Source of the DNA: a virus
Lineage: Duplodnaviria; Caudoviricetes
DNA length: 64,000 bases
Strand: one strand, 5' to 3'
Virus record (IMG/VR): IMGVR_UViG_2932588108_000002
Span: 26,603-90,602 of that record
Shown: one piece after another, positions 53,888 to 62,218 of the stretch
Layout: each line of letters opens with the position of its first letter
Numbering within the stretch: position 1 is the stretch's first letter
Program-made: the position numbers and the translations under genes
Notes under the pieces: generated by a model
What the model was told of the DNA's origin: nothing
Seen by the model: only the letters and a program-made list of their open reading frames with translations
Databases searched by the model: none

Positions 53888-56083
53888 GTGCCGAGCGCTC
53901 CACCCACAAGATCGTCACACCCAAGCACCCTGCGAGGCACCAGCCGGGCAATCTACGCCGTCACTGGTGTGGTCGACGAGGTCAACGACCTCATCGTCCC
54001 CGGTGCCTTCGCTCACACCCTCGCCACCCGCCGTGTCAAAGCCGTCTGGCACCACGAATGGAAGGATGCCGTCGGCGTCGTCCTGGACGTCGAGGAGTGG
54101 ATGCCCGGCGACCCCCGGTTCGCCGAGATCCCCAACTGGCCTGCCGAGGCCGGCGCCCTGGTCGCAACCGTCGAGTACAACCGACGCACCAGCAAGGGCC
54201 GCGACACCTACGAGCAGGTCAAGCAGTGGTACGAGCACGGTGAAGCCGCCTTCTCCATCGGCTACCGCGTACCCACGGACGGGGCCACCCGCCGCGCTGA
54301 CGGCGTCCGCGTCATCCACCGACTCGACCTGTTCGAGGTCAGCCCCGTCCTGCACGGCGCGCACCCCATGACCCGGGCGCTCGAGGTGAAGGCCGCGGCC
54401 AACCCCGGCATGGAGTACAAGGCCACCCCGAGCCCCGTCGAACTCGAAGCCGTGAAGGACGAGGACCGCATCAAGGTCGCGGGCCTGGCCCTCAAGGCAG
54501 CCGACACCAGCCGCGTATTGCTCATCCAGCGCGCCCTGGAAGACGACGATCCGGCGGCCGGCACCTGGGAGTTCCCCGGCGGTCACCGGGAGAAGGACGA
54601 AGACGCCCTCGCCGCGGCCCTGCGTGAGTGGCAGGAAGAGACCGGCGCAGACCTGCCGGGAACGGCAAGCATCGTCGGCTCCTGGACCGCCCCGAACGGC
54701 ATCTATCGCGGCTATGTCGCGGTCATCCCCAGCGAGTCGGCCGTCTCGCTCAACCGACCCCACGATGAGCGGCTCGTGGCCAACCCCGATGACCCGGACG
54801 GGGAGGCCACAGAGGTCACCGCCTGGTGGCCCATCACCGCCCTCCCCGACATGTCGCTGCTCCGGCCGGAGTGCCGAGACACCCCCTGGTCGCTCCTGGC
54901 CGGTGCCACCCTGCCCCAGGGCCCGCCGAGCACACAGGCCAGTCCCGAAGCCCAGCAGTTCGCCGCTGGTGTGATGAACACCTTCGCCGCCCTCGGCGGA
55001 GAGAAGAAGTCCGCGCGGGCCACCGTGGCGGCCGCCCGCATCCACGGATCGCGGATCGAGCACAAGTCGGCCCGCGCCATGGTCGCTGAGGCCAAGGCCG
55101 CCGGGGGCATGGACCAGGACCGCGGCGACGCCGAGCAGTTGCGGCACTGGTACGTCCACGGCGAAGGCGGCGCCCAAATCGGCTGGGGCACCCCCGGCGA
55201 CTTCGACCGCTGCGTGGGCATCGCCGGACGCCACATGAGCCCGGACAACGCCAAGGGCTACTGCAACCTGCGCCACAAAGACGCCTTGGGGATCTACCCC
55301 GCCACCCACGCGGCCGAGAGCAAGAGCGCTCGCCGCGCCGTCCTGGAAGCCAAAGCCCGCCTCGCTTCCCCTGGAGAGCCCGTGAACACGATCCAACCCC
55401 TTCCCGCCTCGTTCGAGCAGATCCGCGACCGACTCGGCCAAGCCGTCCGCACCCTCCTCGCCGCGGAGGAAGGCACGTGGGCATGCATCCAGGGCACCTA
55501 CCCGGACCACGTCATCGCCTCCGTCCACGCCGACGGCGAAGACGAGCAGCACTACCTGGTCCCGTACACGCTCGGAGGAGACGGCGACGGGGACGACGTG
55601 GCGCTGGGGCAGCCGCAGCGCGTGGAGCTGGCAACCGTGGTCGTCCCCGATGAGGACGACGGCCCGCGCGAGGCAGACGAGGACGAGGAGATCGACGCCC
55701 GCGTCGTACAGCCCACTGTCGACGCGCTCAGCGACGCCGCCGCCCGTATCAGCACCTCGGACGCGAACCCCGGCCAACTCGAAGGCGTACGCGACAAGGT
55801 GCGCGCTCTCATCAGGGCCCTGTCTGCCAAGGGACTCGACGTCGACCAGCCGCCGAAGCAGCCCGCCCCGGCACCCAACCGCGCGGCCGGCCCGACCGGC
55901 ATGGACCTGTGGGACGAGTACCCCTTCGACGATGAAGGCGACGACGAAGTGCCCACCGAGGACGGGACCTCGAGCGAAGGCACGCCCCCCGAGGACGCCG
56001 TCGACCAGGACAAGGAGGACCCCGGCACAGTGCGGCTGGACCCGGACGAGGTGAAGGCCGCACTCGCCTTGCTGCAGGGCTGA
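53888..56083 (+). CDS. HK97-type prohead protease fused to NUDIX hydrolase, an unknown Cys/His domain and a scaffold-like tail
   Basis: DLIVPGAF, WHHEW, FSIGY, LFEVSPVLHGAHPMT; Nudix box FPGGHREKDEDALAAALREWQEETG; WGTPGDFDRC...KGYCNLRH; acidic tail. Confidence 0.88.
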   Translation: MPSAPPTRSSHPSTLRGTSRAIYAVTGVVDEVNDLIVPGAFAHTLATRRVKAVWHHEWKDAVGVVLDVEEWMPGDPRFAEIPNWPAEAGALVATVEYNRRTSKGRDTYEQVKQWYEHGEAAFSIGYRVPTDGATRRADGVRVIHRLDLFEVSPVLHGAHPMTRALEVKAAANPGMEYKATPSPVELEAVKDEDRIKVAGLALKAADTSRVLLIQRALEDDDPAAGTWEFPGGHREKDEDALAAALREWQEETGADLPGTASIVGSWTAPNGIYRGYVAVIPSESAVSLNRPHDERLVANPDDPDGEATEVTAWWPITALPDMSLLRPECRDTPWSLLAGATLPQGPPSTQASPEAQQFAAGVMNTFAALGGEKKSARATVAAARIHGSRIEHKSARAMVAEAKAAGGMDQDRGDAEQLRHWYVHGEGGAQIGWGTPGDFDRCVGIAGRHMSPDNAKGYCNLRHKDALGIYPATHAAESKSARRAVLEAKARLASPGEPVNTIQPLPASFEQIRDRLGQAVRTLLAAEEGTWACIQGTYPDHVIASVHADGEDEQHYLVPYTLGGDGDGDDVALGQPQRVELATVVVPDEDDGPREADEDEEIDARVVQPTVDALSDAAARISTSDANPGQLEGVRDKVRALIRALSAKGLDVDQPPKQPAPAPNRAAGPTGMDLWDEYPFDDEGDDEVPTEDGTSSEGTPPEDAVDQDKEDPGTVRLDPDEVKAALALLQG

Positions 56084-56157
56084 GTCGCGACTCAGCCACA
56101 CGTCCGCGAATGCAGGCAACCGGCCCGCCACCTACGAAACCGCAGGTCACGCCCTAT

Positions 56158-56193
56158 GTGCTGCCCGCTCTTGACGAACTGAGCGGGCAGCAC
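56158..56193 (+). terminator. Hairpin between protease and capsid genes
   Basis: GTGCTGCCCGCTC-10 nt-GAGCGGGCAGCAC, followed by a variant promoter motif GCGAC-N19-TTCCAT (56194-56223). Confidence 0.6.
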
Positions 56194-56306
56194 GCGACGT
56201 TAACCCCTCTCTCCCCTTTCCATTCCGCCTCGCGTTGAGGCGTCCCGGTGCTGGCCGGGCGAGCGACGCACGTCAACCGCACCCAGCACCAGGGAGAGCA
56301 CCCCAA

Positions 56307-57596
56307 ATGCCCACCAGCCGTATCGAGGAACTACAGAAGGCACTCCAGCTCAAGTCCGCCGAGGCCGAGCGCATCAGCCAGACCTTCAAGGTCGAGGACG
56401 GCGGCCAGTTCGTCGTCTCCAGCGAGCAGGCGAAGGCCTTCAAGAAGGTCTCTTCGGAGGCCGCGGAGATCAAGAGCCTCATCGACGCCGAGCAGGGCCT
56501 GACCGAGATCAAGCAGTACCTCGACGCCCCCGTCGCGCCGCCAGCCGCGGCCACCCACTACGGGCAGCGCTCCGGCGTCGAGGAGAAGTCCCTCGGCGAC
56601 CTGTTCGTCGAGTCCGGCTCCTACCAGCGCGCCACGCAGGCCGAGTTCCGCGACAAGCCGTACATCCGCGCCGACATCGAGGGGAAGTCAATCTTCTCCC
56701 TGTCCGCGGGCTCCGTGACCCACCAGGTCCTCGGCTCCGCTCAGAACCTCGGGATCGCCGAGCGCCCGTTCCGCAAGTTCCACATCCGGGACCTGTTCCC
56801 GAAGTCGACCACCAAGAACTCCGTGCTGTACGGCGCGCGAGAGACCGGCTGGACGAACAACGCCCGCCAGGTCAAGGAGCGGTACGCCGCGGACGGCACG
56901 TCGCCGGCCACCGGCGCGGACACCGACACCTGGGGCCGCGCCCCGCGGTCGAAGCTGAGCCTGACCCCGGTGATGTACCCGGTCGCCGAGGTGGCGCACC
57001 TGCTCGACGCGCACAAGAACATCCTGTCCGACGAGCCGCGCCTGAAGACCTTCATCAACACGCGCATGGTCGAAGGTGTCAAGTACGCGGAGGACTGGGA
57101 CCTGCTGCACTCCGTCGGCGACGGCCAGTCCCTCACTGGCATCTACAACACCCCGGGCGTCCAGCAGTACACCGGTCTCGCGACCGACCAGTACAGCGTC
57201 CAGATCCGCAGGTCGATCACCAAGGCGTTGCTCGCCGAGTACGACCCCACCGGCATCGTCCTGTCCCCGACGATGTGGGAGCACGTCGAGGTCGAAGAGG
57301 ACAAGAACGGCGCCTTCCGCGTCGCCATCGCCGTCGCCATCGGCGCGGAGAAGAAGGTGTGGCGCCTGAACGTGGTCGAAACGACCGCGATGGCCGACAC
57401 CGACTTCCTCATCGGCGCCTTCGGTCTCGGTGCGCAGCTCCACGACCGCGAGAACGTCTCCGTGACCGTCTCCTCGGAGAACGCGGACAACTACGAGAAG
57501 GGCCTCATCACCTTCCGCGCCGACGAGCGCCTGGCGCTCGAGGTCCCCCGTCCGGAGTCCTTCGTCATCGGCACCTGGACCACGCCGACCGGCTGA
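56307..57596 (+). CDS. HK97-fold major capsid protein
   Basis: IRDLF, RETGWTNNA, ILSDEPRLKTFINTRM, GIVLSP..W, WRLNVVET, ERLALEVPRPESF; AGGGAG RBS. Confidence 0.93.
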   Translation: MPTSRIEELQKALQLKSAEAERISQTFKVEDGGQFVVSSEQAKAFKKVSSEAAEIKSLIDAEQGLTEIKQYLDAPVAPPAAATHYGQRSGVEEKSLGDLFVESGSYQRATQAEFRDKPYIRADIEGKSIFSLSAGSVTHQVLGSAQNLGIAERPFRKFHIRDLFPKSTTKNSVLYGARETGWTNNARQVKERYAADGTSPATGADTDTWGRAPRSKLSLTPVMYPVAEVAHLLDAHKNILSDEPRLKTFINTRMVEGVKYAEDWDLLHSVGDGQSLTGIYNTPGVQQYTGLATDQYSVQIRRSITKALLAEYDPTGIVLSPTMWEHVEVEEDKNGAFRVAIAVAIGAEKKVWRLNVVETTAMADTDFLIGAFGLGAQLHDRENVSVTVSSENADNYEKGLITFRADERLALEVPRPESFVIGTWTTPTG

Positions 57597-57609
57597 CCCA
57601 CGCCGGAGT

Positions 57610-57644
57610 GAGGGGGTGCACCCGAGCCACGGGTGCACCCCCTC
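57610..57644 (+). terminator. Terminator hairpin after major capsid gene
   Basis: GAGGGGGTGCACCCG-agcca-CGGGTGCACCCCCTC 15-bp stem. Confidence 0.75.
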
Positions 57645-57678
57645 CCACGTACCACCATCACGACGACGGAGGACGCTG

Positions 57679-57954
57679 GTGATCGAGAAACAACCCACAG
57701 GCCTCGCCCAGGAGCTGGACGCCCTCGCGGGCGCCCCCGCAGTCCGCCGGGGCCCCCGCTGCAGCGTCGGTGCCCTCCTGGAAGCCGCAGACCCCGACGT
57801 GGCCACATCCCTCCGCACGGTGCTGGACACGACCAGTGTCTCCGCCACAGCCATCGCCGAGACCCTCAGCCGCTACAGCGACGCCGTGACGGCCTACACC
57901 GTCAACCGACACCGGCGGCGCGGGAAGCCCAACGGATGCCGGTGCGAGCGATGA
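57679..57954 (+). CDS. Small Cys/His (Zn-binding) phage protein
   Basis: PRCSVG...VNRHRRRG...CRC; GGAGG RBS; ATGA-coupled to the phosphoesterase. Confidence 0.7.
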   Translation: MIEKQPTGLAQELDALAGAPAVRRGPRCSVGALLEAADPDVATSLRTVLDTTSVSATAIAETLSRYSDAVTAYTVNRHRRRGKPNGCRCER

Positions 57955-59198
57955 CCCTGAACCAAGACCTGCAGGCCCTCCTCGAGCCTGCCTCCCACGA
58001 CCAGAGCCACCCCACCCAGGCGCAGCGCGTCTACCCCGCCGCGCCGCGCGGCTGGGAGTCCGGCGTGCGCTACGAGCCGGGCGGCACGATGGTCGTCACG
58101 GCCCCGCCCGCCGACAAGCCGCCCGCCGGAGAGGCCGACTGGCGCGAACGCGTCGAGGAGATGGGCCTCGCCATCCCCGAAGGGTTCCGCGTCCGCCTGG
58201 TCGAGGCCAAGCACGACCCGGCCGCCTGGCACCGCGACACTCAGGGCGAGGACGCGGTCACGCGCGCGGTGTGGCGCTGCCGGTACATCATCGAACCGGC
58301 CGCACCCGCATGGAAGTCCGCCGGCGACGTCGACGCCCTCGTACGGGACGCGATGCGCCGCCGACGGAAGGCACGCCCGGCCATCGACACCGCGGAGCGC
58401 GCCCTGGTGGTGGTGTACGCCGACGCCCAGGCCGGGAAGGTGGGCCGGGACGGAGGCACCCCGGAGCTCATCGCACGGATCGCCGACCGGTTCGACCGGC
58501 TCGACGACCACATCCGGGACCTCAAGGCCGTGGGCCGCGCCCCGTCCGTCGCCTACTGGGCCGACGCCGGAGACTGCGTCGAAGGCTTCGAGAACACCAC
58601 GCAGCAGGCGTTCACCAACGACCTGACCCTGACCGAGATGATCCGTGTGCACCGCCGCGTCACCTTCGAGGGCCTCGACCGGCTCGCCGGGAAGTTCGGC
58701 CGCGTCGTCGCCGCGACCTGCGGCAGCAACCACGGCCGCGTGCGCCGCGGGAAAAACGCCGTGGGCCCGCCCGTCGACGACTGGGGCATCGAGGTCATGT
58801 CCCAGGTTGCCGACGCCTACGCCCGCAACAGCGACGCGTACGGGCACGTCTCGTTCGTGATACCGGAGCGGTGGCGGGACACCGTGTCTCTCGACGTCGC
58901 TGGCACCATCGTCGGCCTGGCCCACGGCCACCAGTACCCGCGTCCGGACAAGGCCGGCGACTGGTGGCGGGCGCAGACCTTCGGCCGCCAGCCAGTGGCA
59001 GACGCCCAGATCCTGATCACGGGCCATTTCCATCACTTCCGGGCGCAGCAGCTCGGCAACGGTCGCCTCCACATTCAGGCTCCCACGCTCGATTCCGGTT
59101 CCGATTGGTACACGGTCCGCTCGGGAGAGGTTTCCCAGCAAGGCCTACTCGTCTTCAGCGTTACGCCCGATGGGTGGGATGACCTGCGGATTCTCTAG
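57951..59198 (+). CDS. Calcineurin-like metallophosphoesterase
   Basis: ADAQAGK, GDCVEG, GSNHG, AHGHQ, GHFHH. Confidence 0.85.
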   Translation: MTLNQDLQALLEPASHDQSHPTQAQRVYPAAPRGWESGVRYEPGGTMVVTAPPADKPPAGEADWRERVEEMGLAIPEGFRVRLVEAKHDPAAWHRDTQGEDAVTRAVWRCRYIIEPAAPAWKSAGDVDALVRDAMRRRRKARPAIDTAERALVVVYADAQAGKVGRDGGTPELIARIADRFDRLDDHIRDLKAVGRAPSVAYWADAGDCVEGFENTTQQAFTNDLTLTEMIRVHRRVTFEGLDRLAGKFGRVVAATCGSNHGRVRRGKNAVGPPVDDWGIEVMSQVADAYARNSDAYGHVSFVIPERWRDTVSLDVAGTIVGLAHGHQYPRPDKAGDWWRAQTFGRQPVADAQILITGHFHHFRAQQLGNGRLHIQAPTLDSGSDWYTVRSGEVSQQGLLVFSVTPDGWDDLRIL

Positions 59199-59289
59199 AA
59201 CTGCCCATAGAGTTATGGAAGTAGACGGCCCGGCAGGTGCGGGAACACCCACCGGGCTTTTGGCGATCACCTGTTGGGAGGTGGCTCGC

Positions 59290-60021
59290 GTGAGCGAGTC
59301 TACGGAAGCACCCGTCCACAGACCTATCGGGGCAACGAAGAGGTGCCCCGAGTGCGAAGAGACCAAGTCCATAGACGAGCACTTCGGATGGCGCAAGGAG
59401 CGCGGCAAGTGGTACGGGCAATCGCTGTGCCGGGCATGCCGAAGCGCTCGCCGTCGCTCGGATGGGTCCTGGATTCGCAAGACAGAACCTCGGCGCCAGC
59501 CTCCGGATGGTCAGGCCTACTGCACACAGTGCCAGGAGTTCAAGGCCAAGGCCGAGTTCACCCGTGACGCTTCCCGCCCCAGCGGTATCAGCCCATGGTG
59601 CCGCTCCTGCGGGGCACGTCGTCAGCGTGAAGCACGCGCAGCGATGACGCCAGAGCAGCGGGAGGCCTTCGCGGCTCGCAAAGCGGCGAGCGTCGCACGG
59701 AACCCCGAGGGCCGGAAGCGTCGGATGCTGCGGAACTTCTTCAACATCGGGTTGGAGCAGTACGAGGAGATGCACCTCGCTCAGGCAGGCGTCTGCGCGA
59801 TCTGCGGAGAGCCTGAGACCGCGAAACGGGGGGATCTCGTCATGGACCTTTCCGTCGATCACGATCACTCCTGCTGCCCTGATAAGGGGCGCTCGTGCGG
59901 AAAGTGCGTGCGCGGCCTGCTCTGCGCCAACTGCAACAAGGGACTCGGTGCATTCCGCGATGACCCCGAGCGCCTGATGGCTGCCGTCGCGTACCTGGCG
60001 ACGCATAAGAGTCAGGCGTAG
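59290..60021 (+). CDS. Endonuclease VII-family (homing) endonuclease
   Basis: N-terminal CxxC repeats; QAGVCAICG...VDHDH...VRGLLCANCNKGLG.FRDD. Confidence 0.88.
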   Translation: MSESTEAPVHRPIGATKRCPECEETKSIDEHFGWRKERGKWYGQSLCRACRSARRRSDGSWIRKTEPRRQPPDGQAYCTQCQEFKAKAEFTRDASRPSGISPWCRSCGARRQREARAAMTPEQREAFAARKAASVARNPEGRKRRMLRNFFNIGLEQYEEMHLAQAGVCAICGEPETAKRGDLVMDLSVDHDHSCCPDKGRSCGKCVRGLLCANCNKGLGAFRDDPERLMAAVAYLATHKSQA

Positions 60022-60045
60022 CTGGAGCACCCCATCAAGATCGTT

Positions 60046-60063
60046 CTTGCCCAATTGGGCAAG
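60046..60063. repeat. Perfect 18-bp palindrome CTTGCCCAATTGGGCAAG
   Basis: Read directly; differs from 52910-52927 by one compensatory pair. Confidence 0.8.
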
Positions 60064-60081
60064 TGCCCCTCTCGGCGGGGC

Positions 60082-60111
60082 GCGACCGTAGCCACCTGGG
60101 TGGGGCACGGT
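60082..60111 (+). promoter_or_regulatory. Putative late promoter GCGAC-N19-CACGGT
   Basis: Same motif and spacing, upstream of 60151. Confidence 0.55.
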
Positions 60112-60150
60112 GCTCGCGCCCAACACCGATACGAGAGAGAGGCGTGGAGC

Positions 60151-60642
60151 ATGGGGCTCTACAAGGCGGATGGGAGCCGGATCACCAAGGCGGCGTTCCC
60201 TTCTTCCTCCGCAGGCATCACCGACCCCGAGGTGGTTGTGACGCAGGACGTATACGCCACGCGTCACAGCGACGAGGGGAGCTACTACACCGGCACCAGC
60301 AACGACACGGTCCCCCAGGGGTCCGTCCGCACCCTCGCCTTCAAGGCGGGGCAAGTGGTGCGGCAGTCGGCGATCAACGCCCTGTATCCCGCGGCGGTGA
60401 TCGACGGCATCAGCCCGGCCACCGGCGGCGTCGCGGGCGGCACGGTGGTGACCATCACCGGCAAGTACCTGGATGGCGTCACCTCGGTGACTTTCAACGG
60501 CGTGGCAGGCACCGCCCTGAACGTCATCTCCGCCACGAAGCTGACCGTCACTACGCCTGCCGTTACGGCGGGCGCGAGGGACGTCGTCCTGGTCGACGAC
60601 GCGGGCAACACCACCAAGACCGGCGGCTTCACCTTCGCCTGA
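60151..60642 (+). CDS. IPT/TIG (Ig-like) domain virion protein, possible decoration protein
   Basis: ISPATGGVAGGTVVTITG...VTFNG...SATKLTVTTP...FTF. Confidence 0.8.
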   Translation: MGLYKADGSRITKAAFPSSSAGITDPEVVVTQDVYATRHSDEGSYYTGTSNDTVPQGSVRTLAFKAGQVVRQSAINALYPAAVIDGISPATGGVAGGTVVTITGKYLDGVTSVTFNGVAGTALNVISATKLTVTTPAVTAGARDVVLVDDAGNTTKTGGFTFA

Positions 60643-60653
60643 TCCACACGACA

Positions 60654-60687
60654 GGGCGGCCCCTCCGCACGAGCGCAGGGGCCGCTC
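60654..60687 (+). terminator. Hairpin after IPT/TIG gene
   Basis: GGGCGGCCCCT-12 nt-AGGGGCCGCTC. Confidence 0.5.
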
Positions 60688-60726
60688 CCGATTACCCCAT
60701 GCCACGCACCCCGCTCGGGGCAGGGC

Positions 60727-60756
60727 GCGACACAAGCTCCGCCCGGAGTGCAGGGT
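60727..60756 (+). promoter_or_regulatory. Putative late promoter GCGAC-N19-CAGGGT
   Basis: Same motif and spacing, upstream of 60798. Confidence 0.55.
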
Positions 60757-60797
60757 GCGCGCCGTCCGGACCGAACACCCCCGAGAGGGAGCCACCC

Positions 60798-61325
60798 ATG
60801 GCAGGCACCACCGCCCGTACCCGTAAGACCGCGGCCCCCAAGACCGCCGAGGACACCCCCACCGAGGAAACCACCGCGGCGGCCCCCGAGGAGACTGCCC
60901 TCGCGGCCGAGGACACCCCGGCCGCCGACAGCACCCCGAAGGCGCCCGACGCCGCTCCGCTCGAGCCGCCCGCCGTGGAGATGCCCCCGGAGGCGCCGGC
61001 GGCACCCGTCTATGCCAGCCCGACCGAGGTCATCCCCGACGACGCTAACCTCGCCGACGTCATCACCGACGACGCCACCAAGCAGCCCCCGGCCGACCCG
61101 AGCACCGTGTTCCAGCCGCTCACCCCGTACGGTTCCGCCCTCGTGTGCACCGTGCGCCTGGTCGAGAAGACGTTCATCGGACCGCACTCCAACCCCGTCG
61201 AGCGTCTCCTGCAGCCCGCGGGCGCTCACGTCTCCGAGAGTGTCGCCGCGCGGATCCAGGAGCGCCTCGACGCCCAGGCCGCGCGGTTCGCCGCCCAGGC
61301 CGCCGCGGACAGCGACGAGAAGTAA
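60798..61325 (+). CDS. Hypothetical A/P/E/T-rich phage protein
   Basis: GAGGGAG RBS; MAGTTARTRKTAAPK... Confidence 0.72.
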   Translation: MAGTTARTRKTAAPKTAEDTPTEETTAAAPEETALAAEDTPAADSTPKAPDAAPLEPPAVEMPPEAPAAPVYASPTEVIPDDANLADVITDDATKQPPADPSTVFQPLTPYGSALVCTVRLVEKTFIGPHSNPVERLLQPAGAHVSESVAARIQERLDAQAARFAAQAAADSDEK

Positions 61326-61336
61326 AGGGGCCCGGA

Positions 61337-62197
61337 GTGGTCTTCGACTATGAACCCATGTACGGCGGGGCGCACTACGACCCCGAACCGGCCGGCGGAG
61401 CAGTCAGCCGCCTTGACCTGTACGGCACGGCCGACCGCAGCGGTCCGGTAGTCGCCGCGGCGACCACGGTCACCCGGCTACGCCCCGGGGTGTACCGGTT
61501 CGACCTGCCCGAGGTACCGCCCGGCCGCTACTGGGGCATGGTCACCTTCACCCCGAGCGACGGGGCCCAGCCGGTCAAGGACACAAGCGTGCGCCTCGAC
61601 CTGCCCATGGGCATGGGCCTCGTCGCCTCCCCGGAAGCCGTCGCCGACGCGCTTGGCGTACCACTCCCGATCACGGCCGAGCAGCGCAGCGCGCTGGAGA
61701 CAGCCATCCGCAACGCGCAGGCCGACGTCGTCGGCTACCTCAACCGTCCAGTCGTGCCGAAGGCAATCACCTTGCGCGCCGTCACGCCGTTCTTCACCGG
61801 CAGCCTCGACGACGCAGACTCCTGGCCCCTGCCCGACCAGGACGACACCGTCCGAGTCACCGCCTACCGGCCGCACCCGGATGGCACCTACGACGTCGAC
61901 TTCCTGGTGGGCCTTAACGGCGCCACCGAGGAGACCATCGTCCGCTACGTCACCGCGCACGCCGCGGAGTCCGAGCGGCAACGGCCCGGCGGAGTAGGCA
62001 GCACGGGGCGCCGGGTGACCTCAGTGAGCGCCGAGGGACAGTCCATCTCCTACGAGGCCGCGCCCACCGAGGGACAAGCCGGGGCGCTGCCCATGCTCGC
62101 TTCCCTGAACCGGCTACGCCGCCGCCTCTACCAGCCACTCAACCGCCCACCGCGCCCGCCCTGGCCGTACTCCACTTCCCGCGGCCGGTACCGCTGA
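61337..62197 (+). CDS. Probable head-to-tail adaptor
   Basis: ASPEAVADALG...AIRNAQADVVGYLNR...VTSVSAEGQSISY; position after capsid. Confidence 0.6.
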   Translation: MVFDYEPMYGGAHYDPEPAGGAVSRLDLYGTADRSGPVVAAATTVTRLRPGVYRFDLPEVPPGRYWGMVTFTPSDGAQPVKDTSVRLDLPMGMGLVASPEAVADALGVPLPITAEQRSALETAIRNAQADVVGYLNRPVVPKAITLRAVTPFFTGSLDDADSWPLPDQDDTVRVTAYRPHPDGTYDVDFLVGLNGATEETIVRYVTAHAAESERQRPGGVGSTGRRVTSVSAEGQSISYEAAPTEGQAGALPMLASLNRLRRRLYQPLNRPPRPPWPYSTSRGRYR

Positions 62198-62218
62198 TCC
62201 ACGAAAGGAGCGAGCCCG

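Noticed and set aside
53915-56131. 738-aa antisense ORF over the protease
   Set aside because: Same shadow-frame effect.
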